Made by a program: the position numbers and the translations under genes
Notes under the pieces: generated by a model
Databases searched by the model: none
The model's input: the letters and a program-made list of their open reading frames with translations, nothing else
Told to the model about the DNA's origin: nothing
Origin: an uncultured Gammaproteobacteria bacterium
Lineage (GTDB): Bacteria; Patescibacteriota; Patescibacteriia; Magasanikbacterales; GWA2-37-8
Length of the DNA stretch: 64,000 nt
NCBI GenBank assembly: GCA_964561035.1
Contig: CAZLNR010000001.1
Coordinates: 40,577-104,576 of the forward strand
Direction: 5' to 3'
Part shown: piece by piece, positions 18,532 to 28,323 of the stretch
How the letters are laid out: the number at the start of each line of letters is the position of its first letter
Position numbering within the stretch: the first letter of the stretch is position 1

Positions 18532-19251
18532 ATGTTAAGTTATTTTTGGGCAACGTATCTCTATCAGCCGTTATTTAACGCGCTTATTTGGATTTATCTA
18601 AATATTGCGGAAAGAAATATGGGGTGGGCTGTTGTTTGGCTCACTATTTTTTTACGTATTATTTTATTGCCGCTTACATTTATTTCTGAGCGTGATGCAA
18701 TTCGCGAAAAAGAAGTGCAGGAACAGGCAAAACAAGCTGCTCGAGCATTTAAAAATGATGTTATAGCGCAAAAAGAAGAAATCAGGCGTGTGATGAAAAA
18801 ACACCATGTGTCACCGTGGGCAAAAGTAGTGTTACTTGGCTTCCAGATACTGGTGTTTGTACTTTTGTATCAGGTGTTTATTCGCGGTATTACCGGAGAT
18901 CGCATAATTAAATTGTTGTATTACTGGATAGATTTTCCAGGCAAGATTAATACGGATTTTTACGGTACTAATATCGGCGTGCACCATAACGTATTTTGGT
19001 CGGGTGTTGTGGCAATCTATTTATTTTTTTCAATTTATCTTAACGAGTTTTCTCAAAGTAAAAAGGATAGCGCCAAAATGACATTTTTGTTTTTATTTCC
19101 GCTATTTACGTTTTCCATTTTATGGTATTTGCCAATGGTTAAATCGTTATTTATTTTGACAACCATGATTTTTTCTGATACTATTACATTCATCAGAAAA
19201 ACGTTATTTTCAGAAAAAAAATCAAAACCGAAAGCCGCCGGCCATCATTAA
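18532..19251 (+). CDS. yidC: Membrane protein insertase YidC/Oxa1 family (short form)
   Basis: QPLFNALIWIY..GWAVVWLTIFLRIILLPLT is characteristic of the YidC core; multiple TM helices. Confidence 0.65.
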   Translation: MLSYFWATYLYQPLFNALIWIYLNIAERNMGWAVVWLTIFLRIILLPLTFISERDAIREKEVQEQAKQAARAFKNDVIAQKEEIRRVMKKHHVSPWAKVVLLGFQILVFVLLYQVFIRGITGDRIIKLLYYWIDFPGKINTDFYGTNIGVHHNVFWSGVVAIYLFFSIYLNEFSQSKKDSAKMTFLFLFPLFTFSILWYLPMVKSLFILTTMIFSDTITFIRKTLFSEKKSKPKAAGHH

Positions 19252-19266
19252 TATTTTAATTTCAAT

Positions 19267-19833
19267 ATGTCAGGAGACTCTTTAGATAAATTAATGTATT
19301 CGTTTGTCATGGATGATGTTTTGAAAGGGTTGTTTATCAATGTGCCTCCGGGATATGTGGCTTGCGTGTATGATTTAGGCAGGGGTGTGTTAAAAAAAGT
19401 GTTGACCCCGGGCTTGCATCTCAAAATCCCATTTTGGCAAAAAGCAAAATTATTTAATACACAAACTTTGGAATATAGTATTTCTCGGCAGTTTAACCCT
19501 GAAAATGAACGTGCTATGGGCGATATTCCAATTGCCGCAGGTAGTAAAGACGGTCAGCGTCTTGGAGTAGAAGGAACCATTTTATTGCGTTTGGACGTGC
19601 ATCAGGTACCATCAATTTGGCAGACAATCGGTGAAGATTTTGTGGCAAAGATTGTTCGACCAACCATTCGCAGCCGCATTCGCATGGTGTTTAGCAAGTT
19701 TGATTACCAAGAAATTGTGGGCAGTAAGCGCGACGCTGTAGAGATGGAATTAAAGAATGAACTAGAGCGTATTTTCTATGCCAGAGGCATATATGTGGAA
19801 AACGTGCTATTAAGCGAAATTGGTAAGATATAA
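19267..19833 (+). CDS. SPFH/Band-7 domain protein (short)
   Basis: The core resembles a prohibitin/HflC-like SPFH fold (..VENVLLSEI..). No N-terminal TM helix is seen, so it may be truncated or atypical. Confidence 0.5.
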   Translation: MSGDSLDKLMYSFVMDDVLKGLFINVPPGYVACVYDLGRGVLKKVLTPGLHLKIPFWQKAKLFNTQTLEYSISRQFNPENERAMGDIPIAAGSKDGQRLGVEGTILLRLDVHQVPSIWQTIGEDFVAKIVRPTIRSRIRMVFSKFDYQEIVGSKRDAVEMELKNELERIFYARGIYVENVLLSEIGKI

Positions 19834-19850
19834 GCTGTAAAATAAGGCAA

Positions 19851-19877
19851 CAAAACCCTCTTGACGAGGGTTTTTTG
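19851..19877 (+). terminator. Rho-independent terminator
   Basis: aaaaccctc-ttgac-gagggtttttt. Confidence 0.75.
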
Positions 19878-19887
19878 GTATGATATA

Positions 19888-19914
19888 TTATCACTCATGA
19901 GAGTTGAGTGATAA
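19888..19914. promoter_or_regulatory. CIRCE-like HrcA operator: TTATCACTC-N9-GAGTGATAA
   Basis: Matches the CIRCE consensus TTAGCACTC-N9-GAGTGCTAA with one symmetric substitution per arm. It lies 49 bp upstream of hrcA. Confidence 0.75.
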
Positions 19915-19962
19915 TATATTCAGAACCGATTTACCCAAGTAAAATTATCTATCTCTGTTTAT

Positions 19963-20643
19963 ATGGATAATCGCAAACATCAGCTGCTTACCATGGTAAT
20001 AGAACATTATATCAAAAATGCAGAACCTGTCGGTTCCAAATTTTTGGTTTCCATTGGCGGTCTTGATTTTGGTGAAGCTACGGTGCGAAATGAGTTGCGC
20101 GAACTTGAAGAGGAAGGTTTTTTAACGCATCCGCATACATCGGCTGGCAGAATACCAACTGAAAAAGGATATAGATATTATGTCGATCAGCTAAATTTTG
20201 AAAACAGCAATATCCCTAAAAATGATTTTCAGTCCTTGGTTAATGCGGTGGCAGCGATTGAAGATTATGAGTTGGCTAGAAAAAAATTGGCCAAAGCTGC
20301 TAAGGATCTTTCTAACGAAACAGTGGTAATCGCTTTTTCGCCAGAAAAAATATACTATACAGGCTTATCAAATCTATTTAATAAATCAGAGTTTGCCGAT
20401 GCGAATAGTGTAGCTAATGTTTCTCAAATATTTGATCATTTTGAAGATTATTTAGAAGATTTTTTTGATAAAGTAGAAGATTCGCCGCGTTATTTTATTG
20501 GCAGCGAAAATCCGTTTGATGAAACGCTAAGCGTAGTGTCGGCACGGTTTGGCAAAGAGGGTATAGTGGCTCTATTGGGACCAAAGCGAATGGATTATAA
20601 ATATAATTTTAGTTTAATTAAAAAATTATTGGAGATTATTTAA
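19963..20643 (+). CDS. hrcA: Heat-inducible transcription repressor HrcA (short form)
   Basis: N-terminal winged HTH ..YIKNAEPVGSKFL..EATVRNELRELEEEGFL..HTSAGRIPT. Position is ahead of grpE-dnaK-dnaJ. Confidence 0.85.
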   Translation: MDNRKHQLLTMVIEHYIKNAEPVGSKFLVSIGGLDFGEATVRNELRELEEEGFLTHPHTSAGRIPTEKGYRYYVDQLNFENSNIPKNDFQSLVNAVAAIEDYELARKKLAKAAKDLSNETVVIAFSPEKIYYTGLSNLFNKSEFADANSVANVSQIFDHFEDYLEDFFDKVEDSPRYFIGSENPFDETLSVVSARFGKEGIVALLGPKRMDYKYNFSLIKKLLEII

Positions 20644-20658
20644 ATAGCTTTTACTAAT

Positions 20659-21180
20659 ATGACTGATGAGCAAATTTTACCGGATGAGTCAGCTTTGCCA
20701 GAAAATGCAGGTGCTGCGGCTTGTGAAAATTGTGAAAAATGCAAAGCCGAAATGGAAGAATATAAATCAGGTTGGCAGCGTGCCTTGGCAGACTATAAGA
20801 ATTTACAAAAAGAAACAGCTGATATGCGCGGTGTTTGGGCCAAAGCCAGCGAGGAATATATTTTAGAAGAATTTATTCCAGTATATGAAAACTTTAAAAA
20901 AGCCTTTGCCCATAAAGACAGTATGCCTTCGGAAAATGGCTGGCAGCAATGGGCGGACGGTATCGGATATATCAAAAAACAGTTTGGAGATATTTTAAAA
21001 AGCTATCAGGTTGAAGAAATAAAAACAGTTGGTGAAAAATTTGATCCGCGCCTGCATGAAGCTATTGGCGAAGAAGAATCTGGCGAAGCACAGTCGGGAG
21101 TAGTCCTGAAAGAGGTAGAAGGCGGATACAAGCGAGGAGATAAAATCATTAAACCGGCACGAGTTATTATTAATAAATAA
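20659..21180 (+). CDS. grpE: Nucleotide exchange factor GrpE
   Basis: C-terminal GrpE signature ..FDPRLHEAIG..GYKRGDKIIKPARVIINK. Confidence 0.85.
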   Translation: MTDEQILPDESALPENAGAAACENCEKCKAEMEEYKSGWQRALADYKNLQKETADMRGVWAKASEEYILEEFIPVYENFKKAFAHKDSMPSENGWQQWADGIGYIKKQFGDILKSYQVEEIKTVGEKFDPRLHEAIGEEESGEAQSGVVLKEVEGGYKRGDKIIKPARVIINK

Positions 21181-21184
21181 TTAT

Positions 21185-22192
21185 ATGAGCGAGCGCAGGC
21201 CGTTATCAGGTGAATTGCCTGATGAACATGATATTGAAGAAGCATTTGAGCGTTTACAATCCCCGGAAGGTCCCGGGCAGGTTAGTAGAGATATTGCATT
21301 TGATTCTGAAGATGGACGCACTACTGTAGTGGTTGATGAGGATCTGGTTGGGCCTGAATCATCGAGTGATAGTGCTGGTAATGTAGAATTAAGTTTTGGT
21401 TTTCCAAGTGTTCAGCGCACTTTAGGCGGTGATGGCGCTGGTTTGACAGCAAGTGATTTTGCTTCATCTGTAGACGATTTGCACCCAACATATGACAAGG
21501 TTCTCAATGATGTTAATGCCATTGTGAAAGATACGACCGCAAAAGATTTGGTTGCGTTAGTTGGAGGCAGGATGGAAAAAACTCGTTCTGCTGACACTCA
21601 GGGTGTTATCAATTATACAGTTTTGCTCCGTTTGCTGGAAAGATATGCGCAAAATAAGGGGTATAAGAATAATCCTAATTTTTTCAAAATAGTTGAAGTT
21701 CTTAGAGCGATAGATAAGTTAGACTATAATTTAAGCGAACATATTTCTCTTAATAATGATTCGCCTCGCTCATACTATGTGTTGAGAAAAATTGCTTACA
21801 TTTTAAATTCAAAATCGCCAAAAGATATTTTGAAAATGGTTAGAAGCGGTGGAATAAATCCATATTTAATTGCGGAAGTTGGCAAACGATATCAGACAAG
21901 TAAAACTATCTCTCAAGATTTGAAAAATAAAGTGCAAGTTGTTCTTGATGAGCAAAGAGTATATGAACCATTCTATGATGTGGAAGATATGATAGACGAA
22001 AGTTTGGAAGATCAAAAACCGCTGCTTTCGTTATTGAAGGAAAAACATGTGAGCTTAGACACAGTCCGGGGTTTGTTAGAAGATTACAAATCTGGAGCTA
22101 GAAGACAAGAGCGTAAAATGCATAATTATAAAACAGCTCTTGAAACTATGTTAAGAGATCCACAGTCAATTATTTTATTGGAGGGTGTGTAA
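21185..22192 (+). CDS. Hypothetical protein inserted between grpE and dnaK (acidic disordered N-terminus plus helical C-domain)
   Basis: 335-aa ORF sitting 4 nt after the grpE stop and 55 nt before dnaK. No recognisable motif. Confidence 0.6.
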   Translation: MSERRPLSGELPDEHDIEEAFERLQSPEGPGQVSRDIAFDSEDGRTTVVVDEDLVGPESSSDSAGNVELSFGFPSVQRTLGGDGAGLTASDFASSVDDLHPTYDKVLNDVNAIVKDTTAKDLVALVGGRMEKTRSADTQGVINYTVLLRLLERYAQNKGYKNNPNFFKIVEVLRAIDKLDYNLSEHISLNNDSPRSYYVLRKIAYILNSKSPKDILKMVRSGGINPYLIAEVGKRYQTSKTISQDLKNKVQVVLDEQRVYEPFYDVEDMIDESLEDQKPLLSLLKEKHVSLDTVRGLLEDYKSGARRQERKMHNYKTALETMLRDPQSIILLEGV

Positions 22193-22247
22193 TTATTTAT
22201 AAACAATCTTGTTAATTTTTAAATAAATCTAATTTCAATATATTCAT

Positions 22248-24149
22248 ATGTCCAAAGTTCTCGGAATTGATCTTGGTACCACCAACAGCTGTGTTGCAGT
22301 CATTGAAGGTGGGCAGCCAAAAGTGTTAGAAAATAAAGAAGGTAATCGCACCACGCCATCTATTGTGGCTATGTCTAAAACCGGAGAGCGGTTGGTTGGT
22401 CAGTTGGCTAAGCGCCAGGCCGTAACTAACCCGCAAAATACTTTGTATTCAGTGAAGCGCCTTATTGGCCGCCGTTTTGAAGATGCTGAAGTGCAACGCG
22501 ATTTGTCGTTATTGCCGTTTAAAATTGTTAAAAGCGATGACAAGGTAAAAATTGAAATGCAGGGCAAAGAATATACCCCTCAAGAAATTTCTGCCATGGT
22601 ATTGCAAAAGTTAAAAAGCGATGCGGAAGAAAAATTGGGAGAAAAAATTACCGAAGCCGTTATTACCGTACCGGCATATTTTGACGACTCGCAAAGACAA
22701 GCTACTAAAGACGCGGGCACTATCGCAGGCTTAAATGTGTTGCGTATTATTAATGAACCAACCGCAGCCGCATTGGCATATGGTTTTGATAAGAAAAAAG
22801 ATCAAAAAATTGCAGTCTACGATTTGGGTGGCGGCACTTTTGATATCTCTATTTTGGAAGTGAGTGCCGACACAGTGCAGGTATTATCTACCAATGGCGA
22901 CACTCACTTGGGCGGCGATGATTTTGATCAAAAAATAATCTCATGGATTTTGGAAGAATTTAAAAAAGACCAAGGTATCGATTTGAGCAAAGATCCATTG
23001 GCCTTGCAGCGCATTAAAGAGGCTGCGGAAAAAGCCAAGATTGAGCTCTCTACAGCCCAAGAAACCGAAGTTAATCAGCCGTTTATTACTTCTGATTCTT
23101 CCGGACCAAAACATTTGGTAATGAAATTAACTCGCGCTAAATTGGAAGAGCTGGTTGGAGATTTGGTTGAAAAAACCTTAGTGCCAGTTCGCAAGGCATT
23201 GGAAGATGCAAAATTATCAGCTAACGATTTGCACGAAGTGGTGATGGTTGGTGGTATGACTCGCATGCCGCTCGTATTGCAAACTGTAGAAAAGTTTTTC
23301 AATAAAAAACCAAATATTAGTGTAAACCCAGATGAAGTGGTTGCTATCGGCGCAGCTGTTCAAGCTGGCGTGTTAAAAGGCGAAGTGCATGATGTGTTAT
23401 TGCTTGATGTTATTCCTCTATCATTTGGTTTAGAGACCATGGGCGGAGTAATGACTAAGCTTATCGAACGCAACACCACTATTCCGACATCAAAGAGCCA
23501 AGTATTTTCTACAGCAGCGGACAATCAGCCAGCGGTAGAAATTAATGTGTTGCAAGGTGAGCGCTCTATGGCAGCTGACAATAAAACACTTGGCCGATTT
23601 ATTTTGGATGGTATTCCACCGGCTCCACGCGGCGTACCGCAAGTAGAAGTAACTTTTGATATTGACGCTAATGGTATTTTAAATGTAAAGGCTAAAGATA
23701 AGGCTACCAACAAAGAACAGTCAATTCGCATTGAAGCTTCCACTGGCTTGTCCAAAGAAGAAGTGGAAAAAATGAAACAAGATGCTGAAGTGCATGCCGC
23801 TGAAGATAAAAAGAAGCAGGAGCTTATTGAGGCGCGCAACATTGCCGATACCATGGTGTATACTACCGAAAAAATGATGAAAGAAGTAGAAGAGAAAAAA
23901 GTGGCGGTGACTGATGATGAGAAAAATAAAATTAATGATGCATTAAAAGCCGTAAAAGAAGTTAAAGATAAAGATGATGTAGAGGCAATTAAAAAAACAT
24001 CAGAGGAGCTATCGAAAGTTGCTCAAGCGGTTGGTGCTAAAATGTATCAAGCCGGACAGGCTGGCCAGCCAGGCGCTGATGCTGCGGCTTCGGGCGGAGA
24101 AGAAAAGAAAGATGAACAGGGTCCGATTGAAGGTGAAGTGGTAAAATAA
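22248..24149 (+). CDS. dnaK: Chaperone DnaK (Hsp70)
   Basis: [31 protein letters not shown]; 633 aa with a C-terminal acidic tail. Confidence 0.95.
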   Translation: MSKVLGIDLGTTNSCVAVIEGGQPKVLENKEGNRTTPSIVAMSKTGERLVGQLAKRQAVTNPQNTLYSVKRLIGRRFEDAEVQRDLSLLPFKIVKSDDKVKIEMQGKEYTPQEISAMVLQKLKSDAEEKLGEKITEAVITVPAYFDDSQRQATKDAGTIAGLNVLRIINEPTAAALAYGFDKKKDQKIAVYDLGGGTFDISILEVSADTVQVLSTNGDTHLGGDDFDQKIISWILEEFKKDQGIDLSKDPLALQRIKEAAEKAKIELSTAQETEVNQPFITSDSSGPKHLVMKLTRAKLEELVGDLVEKTLVPVRKALEDAKLSANDLHEVVMVGGMTRMPLVLQTVEKFFNKKPNISVNPDEVVAIGAAVQAGVLKGEVHDVLLLDVIPLSFGLETMGGVMTKLIERNTTIPTSKSQVFSTAADNQPAVEINVLQGERSMAADNKTLGRFILDGIPPAPRGVPQVEVTFDIDANGILNVKAKDKATNKEQSIRIEASTGLSKEEVEKMKQDAEVHAAEDKKKQELIEARNIADTMVYTTEKMMKEVEEKKVAVTDDEKNKINDALKAVKEVKDKDDVEAIKKTSEELSKVAQAVGAKMYQAGQAGQPGADAAASGGEEKKDEQGPIEGEVVK

Positions 24150-24209
24150 TTATCATATTATTTTGTCTGCAACAAGGCGGTGGTATTTATATATAATTAA
24201 AATTATAAT

Positions 24210-24686
24210 ATGTCTGAGCATCAAGAGTCGGTCGGTTCTTTGGAAGCATTTAGATCGGAAATTCAGCGAATAGTTGACCGGCTTCGTCATGTAGATGGTA
24301 CGCTACAAAAAATTACCGACGTGAAAGAGTTGGATAATGACGCCTTAGCTATTTGGAATAATCTTAAAAATATTATACGTGATATTAGCCAGTTGGATGT
24401 AAACATGAACAATAAGGAGGTTCAAAAAAACTTTGATTATTTGTTAGAGAGAAGTCGTAAATTAGCCAATGATACAAAAAATTTGGCTGAAAGTAATGCG
24501 GCGCAATCAAAGAACTCGGCATGTGAATTTTATGCTTGGATTAATAATCGTATTCCTATAGGGCAAATTCAACTTGCGCTTGAGACTCTTGTGGACAGTG
24601 GTTCTGCTAAAAGTGCTGTAGAAGATTTGCAAGATTTGTCTAAAACTTCTATAGATTTATTAGCTGGGAAAGATGCGGCGGCATAA
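24210..24686 (+). CDS. Hypothetical helical protein inserted between dnaK and dnaJ
   Basis: 158-aa ORF, 60 nt after dnaK and 6 nt before dnaJ. No recognisable motif. Confidence 0.55.
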   Translation: MSEHQESVGSLEAFRSEIQRIVDRLRHVDGTLQKITDVKELDNDALAIWNNLKNIIRDISQLDVNMNNKEVQKNFDYLLERSRKLANDTKNLAESNAAQSKNSACEFYAWINNRIPIGQIQLALETLVDSGSAKSAVEDLQDLSKTSIDLLAGKDAAA

Positions 24687-24692
24687 AAGAAT

Positions 24693-25763
24693 ATGGCCAA
24701 CAAAGATTATTACAAAATTCTCGGCGTAGAAAAAAATGCTTCGGCTGATGAGATAAAAAAAGCATTTAAAAAAGCAGCTATGCAGCATCATCCAGACCGA
24801 CCAGGCGGAGATGAGGCAAAGTTTAAAGAAGTAAACGAAGCCTATCAGGTTTTAAGCGATACTGAAAAACGCCAGCGCTACGACCAATTCGGCTCTGATT
24901 TTGAACAGCAGGGCGGTTTTGGCAATGGGGCTGGGTGGGAAGATGTTATGAGTGCGTTCAGAGGCGGTGGTTTTTCCGGAGGGGATTTCGGCGATATTTT
25001 TGGCGACTTATTTGGCAGTAGGGGAGGCCAGCGTCAAAATCGCGGACAAGATATTCAGGTTGATGTAGAGATAGATTTCAAAGAAGCTGCGTTTGGTGCA
25101 GAAAAAGAAATTACTTTGCGCAAACAAAATGCTTGTGATATTTGCCGCGGCTCTGGAGCAGAGCCAGGGTCAAAAATGGAAAAATGTTCTACGTGCAATG
25201 GTCGCGGCCAGGTAACCAAAATACAACATACTTTTTTAGGCACGATGCAAGCAGCGGCTCCTTGTGATGCGTGTCAGGGCAGGGGAGAAAAACCTGCGAA
25301 AAAATGCAAGCATTGCCATGGGTCTGGGGTTGCGCAAAGCAATTCTAATATTAAAATTAAAATACCTGGAGGCATAGAAAGCGGGCAGTCTATTCGTTTA
25401 GATGGCTATGGTGAGGCTGCTTCATTTGGCGGTGTGCCGGGCAGTCTATATGTGCGTGTGCGCGTAAAACCGTTAGCCGGTTTTTCACGAGACGGTTCAG
25501 ATGTATACACAGAGCAAGAAATTAGTTTTGTGCAGGCGGTGCTGGGAGACAAAATTCAAGTGCAAACCCTTGATGAAATGGTAACGCTTGTCGTGCCAGA
25601 AGGTGTTGAGTCAGGGCAATTGATTCGTATTAAACACAAAGGCATGAACAAACTGGGGGGTGGTAATCGTGGAGACCACTATGTTAAAATAAAAATCAGG
25701 GTTCCTAAAAAGATTAGCAAAGACACAAAAAAACGTCTTGAAGAGTTGCGAGCGGAGCTTTAG
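24693..25763 (+). CDS. dnaJ: Co-chaperone DnaJ
   Basis: J-domain [12 protein letters not shown], Gly/Phe-rich linker, four CxxCxGxG zinc-finger repeats. Confidence 0.9.
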   Translation: MANKDYYKILGVEKNASADEIKKAFKKAAMQHHPDRPGGDEAKFKEVNEAYQVLSDTEKRQRYDQFGSDFEQQGGFGNGAGWEDVMSAFRGGGFSGGDFGDIFGDLFGSRGGQRQNRGQDIQVDVEIDFKEAAFGAEKEITLRKQNACDICRGSGAEPGSKMEKCSTCNGRGQVTKIQHTFLGTMQAAAPCDACQGRGEKPAKKCKHCHGSGVAQSNSNIKIKIPGGIESGQSIRLDGYGEAASFGGVPGSLYVRVRVKPLAGFSRDGSDVYTEQEISFVQAVLGDKIQVQTLDEMVTLVVPEGVESGQLIRIKHKGMNKLGGGNRGDHYVKIKIRVPKKISKDTKKRLEELRAEL

Positions 25764-25772
25764 CCCGTATTC

Positions 25773-26282
25773 ATGTCTAATAAGCATACAAAACAAGCTT
25801 TTGAGCGGTTTTATCTCGATCATATAGACAAGGTGTATCGCTTTGTTTTTTTTCGTGTTAATTGTGATAAGGATTTGGCGCAGGATTTGGTCTCGGAAAT
25901 TTTTATGAAGGCGCTCAAAAATTTTGCAGATTACGACGAATCGATTAGTAGATCCGCCTGGCTGATGACGATTGCTAAAAACCATATTATTAATTATTAT
26001 CGCGACACTAAGCCTATCGCGGAACTACCCCAGGACGAAGACGGTGAAATCCTTGACTCTTTTTGGCTAATTTCTGCTAAAAATGTATTTAAAAAGAACG
26101 AAAATGCCCGTTTTGTACAGGAGTTTTTGAGTGAATTAGACGAGGTCAGCCGAGAGATTGTAGCTTTTCATTATATTTATGGGTATAGTTATGCAGAGAT
26201 AGCTGAAATGAAGAAAATGACTGAAACAGCAGTAAAAGTGGCAGCTCATCGCGCTATCAAAAAAATGTCATCTCACATATGA
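25773..26282 (+). CDS. RNA polymerase sigma factor, ECF family (second copy)
   Basis: Region 2 (..DLVSEIFMKAL..) and region 4 HTH (YSYAEIAEMKKMTETAVKVAAHRAIKKM). Starts 10 nt after the dnaJ stop. Confidence 0.8.
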   Translation: MSNKHTKQAFERFYLDHIDKVYRFVFFRVNCDKDLAQDLVSEIFMKALKNFADYDESISRSAWLMTIAKNHIINYYRDTKPIAELPQDEDGEILDSFWLISAKNVFKKNENARFVQEFLSELDEVSREIVAFHYIYGYSYAEIAEMKKMTETAVKVAAHRAIKKMSSHI

Positions 26283-26998
26283 GTTTTAAAATAAAATACA
26301 ACCTATCTAAACTAAAAGGGTCTGCTAAGCCAGACGCTGTGTTTAAGAAACAGTTACATACAGATTTAATGTCTGCTTGGAATGGTTCTTTTGGCAAAAC
26401 ACCGTGGTACCATGGTGTGCTCGCTCATCGCATAGCGGCTAGCGCTCTCTTGATAATTATTTTGGCTACTAGCAGTGGCGCATATGCCTATGCAAGCCCA
26501 GAAGTTACCGAAGGAAGCGTGCTGTTTCCAGTTAAAGAAGCTATGGAGCGCGTAGAAGAAGTTACTAAATTTACCCCCGAATCTAAGGCCGCGTTCTATT
26601 TAAAGCAAATTGAACGTCGAGAAAAAGAACGATTAGTCTTGCAGACAAAGAAACCTGCAGCGTTAAAAGAAAAATATGAAACTGTTCAAATAGCCACAAC
26701 CACAGATGCTGATGAAAAAACAGCCAGCTTGCCGCAGCCTGATACAGGCACAGTTGGCAAAAAGGCTCGCGCTACAGATGGTAGTGATGAAGGCGAACAA
26801 GTAAAAAAAATTAATCGCAGTATTGATAACACCGAAAAAAAATTAGAAAAAGCAAAAGAGTTAATGGAAAAGCTTGCTGAAAAAAATACTGAACGTCAGA
26901 AAGAAATTAGAGCCAAAATTGAAAAACGGCTTGAAGAAAGAAAAAAACGCCTAGAAAAATTAGAAGAAAAGCAGTTGGAGCATGCGTTTGAAGACTAA
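26279..26998 (+). CDS. Putative anti-sigma factor (single TM, DUF5667-like ectodomain, coiled-coil C-terminus)
   Basis: ATGA overlap with the sigma gene. TM helix AASALLIIILATSSGAYAYA, then a LFPVKEAMERV segment resembling the first anti-sigma (FLYSAKRATETI). Confidence 0.5.
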   Translation: MSFKIKYNLSKLKGSAKPDAVFKKQLHTDLMSAWNGSFGKTPWYHGVLAHRIAASALLIIILATSSGAYAYASPEVTEGSVLFPVKEAMERVEEVTKFTPESKAAFYLKQIERREKERLVLQTKKPAALKEKYETVQIATTTDADEKTASLPQPDTGTVGKKARATDGSDEGEQVKKINRSIDNTEKKLEKAKELMEKLAEKNTERQKEIRAKIEKRLEERKKRLEKLEEKQLEHAFED

Positions 26999-27102
26999 TA
27001 TATCAAATTGCTGTTTAGATCTCGAATATTTTTTCGAGCAAAGAGGGTCGATAAACAGTGTTATTAATATTAATTAATTCATTAAAGTTAAATATTAAAT
27101 AT

Positions 27103-27858
27103 ATGAAAAAATACGTAATCTTAACACTGGTGGCCGTTATGGCATTTGGTTCTTTTGCTCCGGCATTTGCCAGAGAAGAGGAAAATAGAGGTAGAGAAGC
27201 AGCCGAAGTTAAAAAAGAATTGCGCGAAGAACGTCGTGATGAAGCTAAGGAAAAATTAGAGCGAGCTTTAAAAATTGCTCCTCGCGCCTTTACCGTTGCT
27301 GGTACGGTGGCTGCGGTAGATTTAACCACCACTACATCTTCAACTGGAAAATTAACTATACATGTAACTAAAGTTTTGCCAGGCACTCCAAAGCATTGGC
27401 CAACCTCTACAGTTGCATATCCAGAAAAAGAAAAAGACTTGGTAGTTACACTTACGGTAAAAACAACCTTATTGCGAGCTTATGGCGGCAAGATGAAAGC
27501 TTCCGAGATGGCAGTTGGCGATGAAGTTCGCGTAGTAGCAAAATACACAAAAGAAGGCGTAATTGAAGCAAAAGTTGTAAAAGATAACTCATTACATGTT
27601 ATTCTAAATAAAAAAGGCACTGTTGAAAGCATTGATGCTGCCAACGGAACATTTGTTTTGAAACAGGAGAAGAGAACCTTAACTGTTAAAACAAACAGCA
27701 ACACCAAATTTACCTTAAAAGGCACAGGCGCTGTTTCGTTTTCAAACCTGGTGGCAGGTGATGTGGTGCGCGTGGAAGGTGTTGTAAATTTAAACTCTAA
27801 AACTGTTGATACTCGCGCAGTGGTAATTGCCAAAAGAGCAGTTGCGCAAGCGCAGTAA
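27103..27858 (+). CDS. Secreted protein of unknown function (DUF5666-like, assignment tentative)
   Basis: Signal peptide MKKYVILTLVAVMAFGSFAPAFA, then a charged helical stretch and a beta-rich C-terminal part. Third gene of the sigma/anti-sigma module. Confidence 0.5.
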   Translation: MKKYVILTLVAVMAFGSFAPAFAREEENRGREAAEVKKELREERRDEAKEKLERALKIAPRAFTVAGTVAAVDLTTTTSSTGKLTIHVTKVLPGTPKHWPTSTVAYPEKEKDLVVTLTVKTTLLRAYGGKMKASEMAVGDEVRVVAKYTKEGVIEAKVVKDNSLHVILNKKGTVESIDAANGTFVLKQEKRTLTVKTNSNTKFTLKGTGAVSFSNLVAGDVVRVEGVVNLNSKTVDTRAVVIAKRAVAQAQ

Positions 27859-27875
27859 AATCATTATCTTAAATA

Positions 27876-27907
27876 TAAAACCGCCCCTTATCGTAAGGGC
27901 GGTTTTA
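27876..27907. terminator. Bidirectional terminator between convergent genes
   Basis: aaaaccgcccctta-tcg-taagggcggtttt with A/T runs on both sides. Confidence 0.8.
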
Positions 27908-27910
27908 TAT

Positions 27911-28312
27911 TTAAAGTTGTTTGTCTAGCGCATCGTTTACCCAGGCATCAGCTTCTTTGTTGTTAGCTCGCAACGTATGCGTAAATGTTACTTTTTTAAA
28001 CTGTTGAGCCGCGTTGTATGCCTTAATAAATAGTTTTTGTAGGCCAGGATCTCTGACCTTGTACTGCCGGTTCATTTGTTTGGTTACCAGCTCACTATCC
28101 AAAATACAATGCACTTCCGTTGCGCCAAGTTCTTTGGCTTTCTCCAGAGCGGAAATTAAAGCCGAGTATTCGGCAAAATTATTTGTCTGCTCACCCAGAT
28201 AAATACCGTATCCGGCAACCGTGGCTCCAGTTTCATTTTTAATGACTACGCCTAATGCGGCAGGTCCTGGATTGCCTCGCGCGCCGCCATCAGTATAGGT
28301 GGTTAGTTTCAT
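27911..28312 (-). CDS. rnhA: Ribonuclease HI
   Basis: TDGGARGNPGPAALGVV.., ..NNFAEYSALISAL.., C-terminal ..NKEADAWVN.. The start at MKLTTY is preferred over the longer ORF. Confidence 0.85.
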   Translation of the reverse strand: MKLTTYTDGGARGNPGPAALGVVIKNETGATVAGYGIYLGEQTNNFAEYSALISALEKAKELGATEVHCILDSELVTKQMNRQYKVRDPGLQKLFIKAYNAAQQFKKVTFTHTLRANNKEADAWVNDALDKQL

Positions 28313-28323
28313 AATAATTTTCT

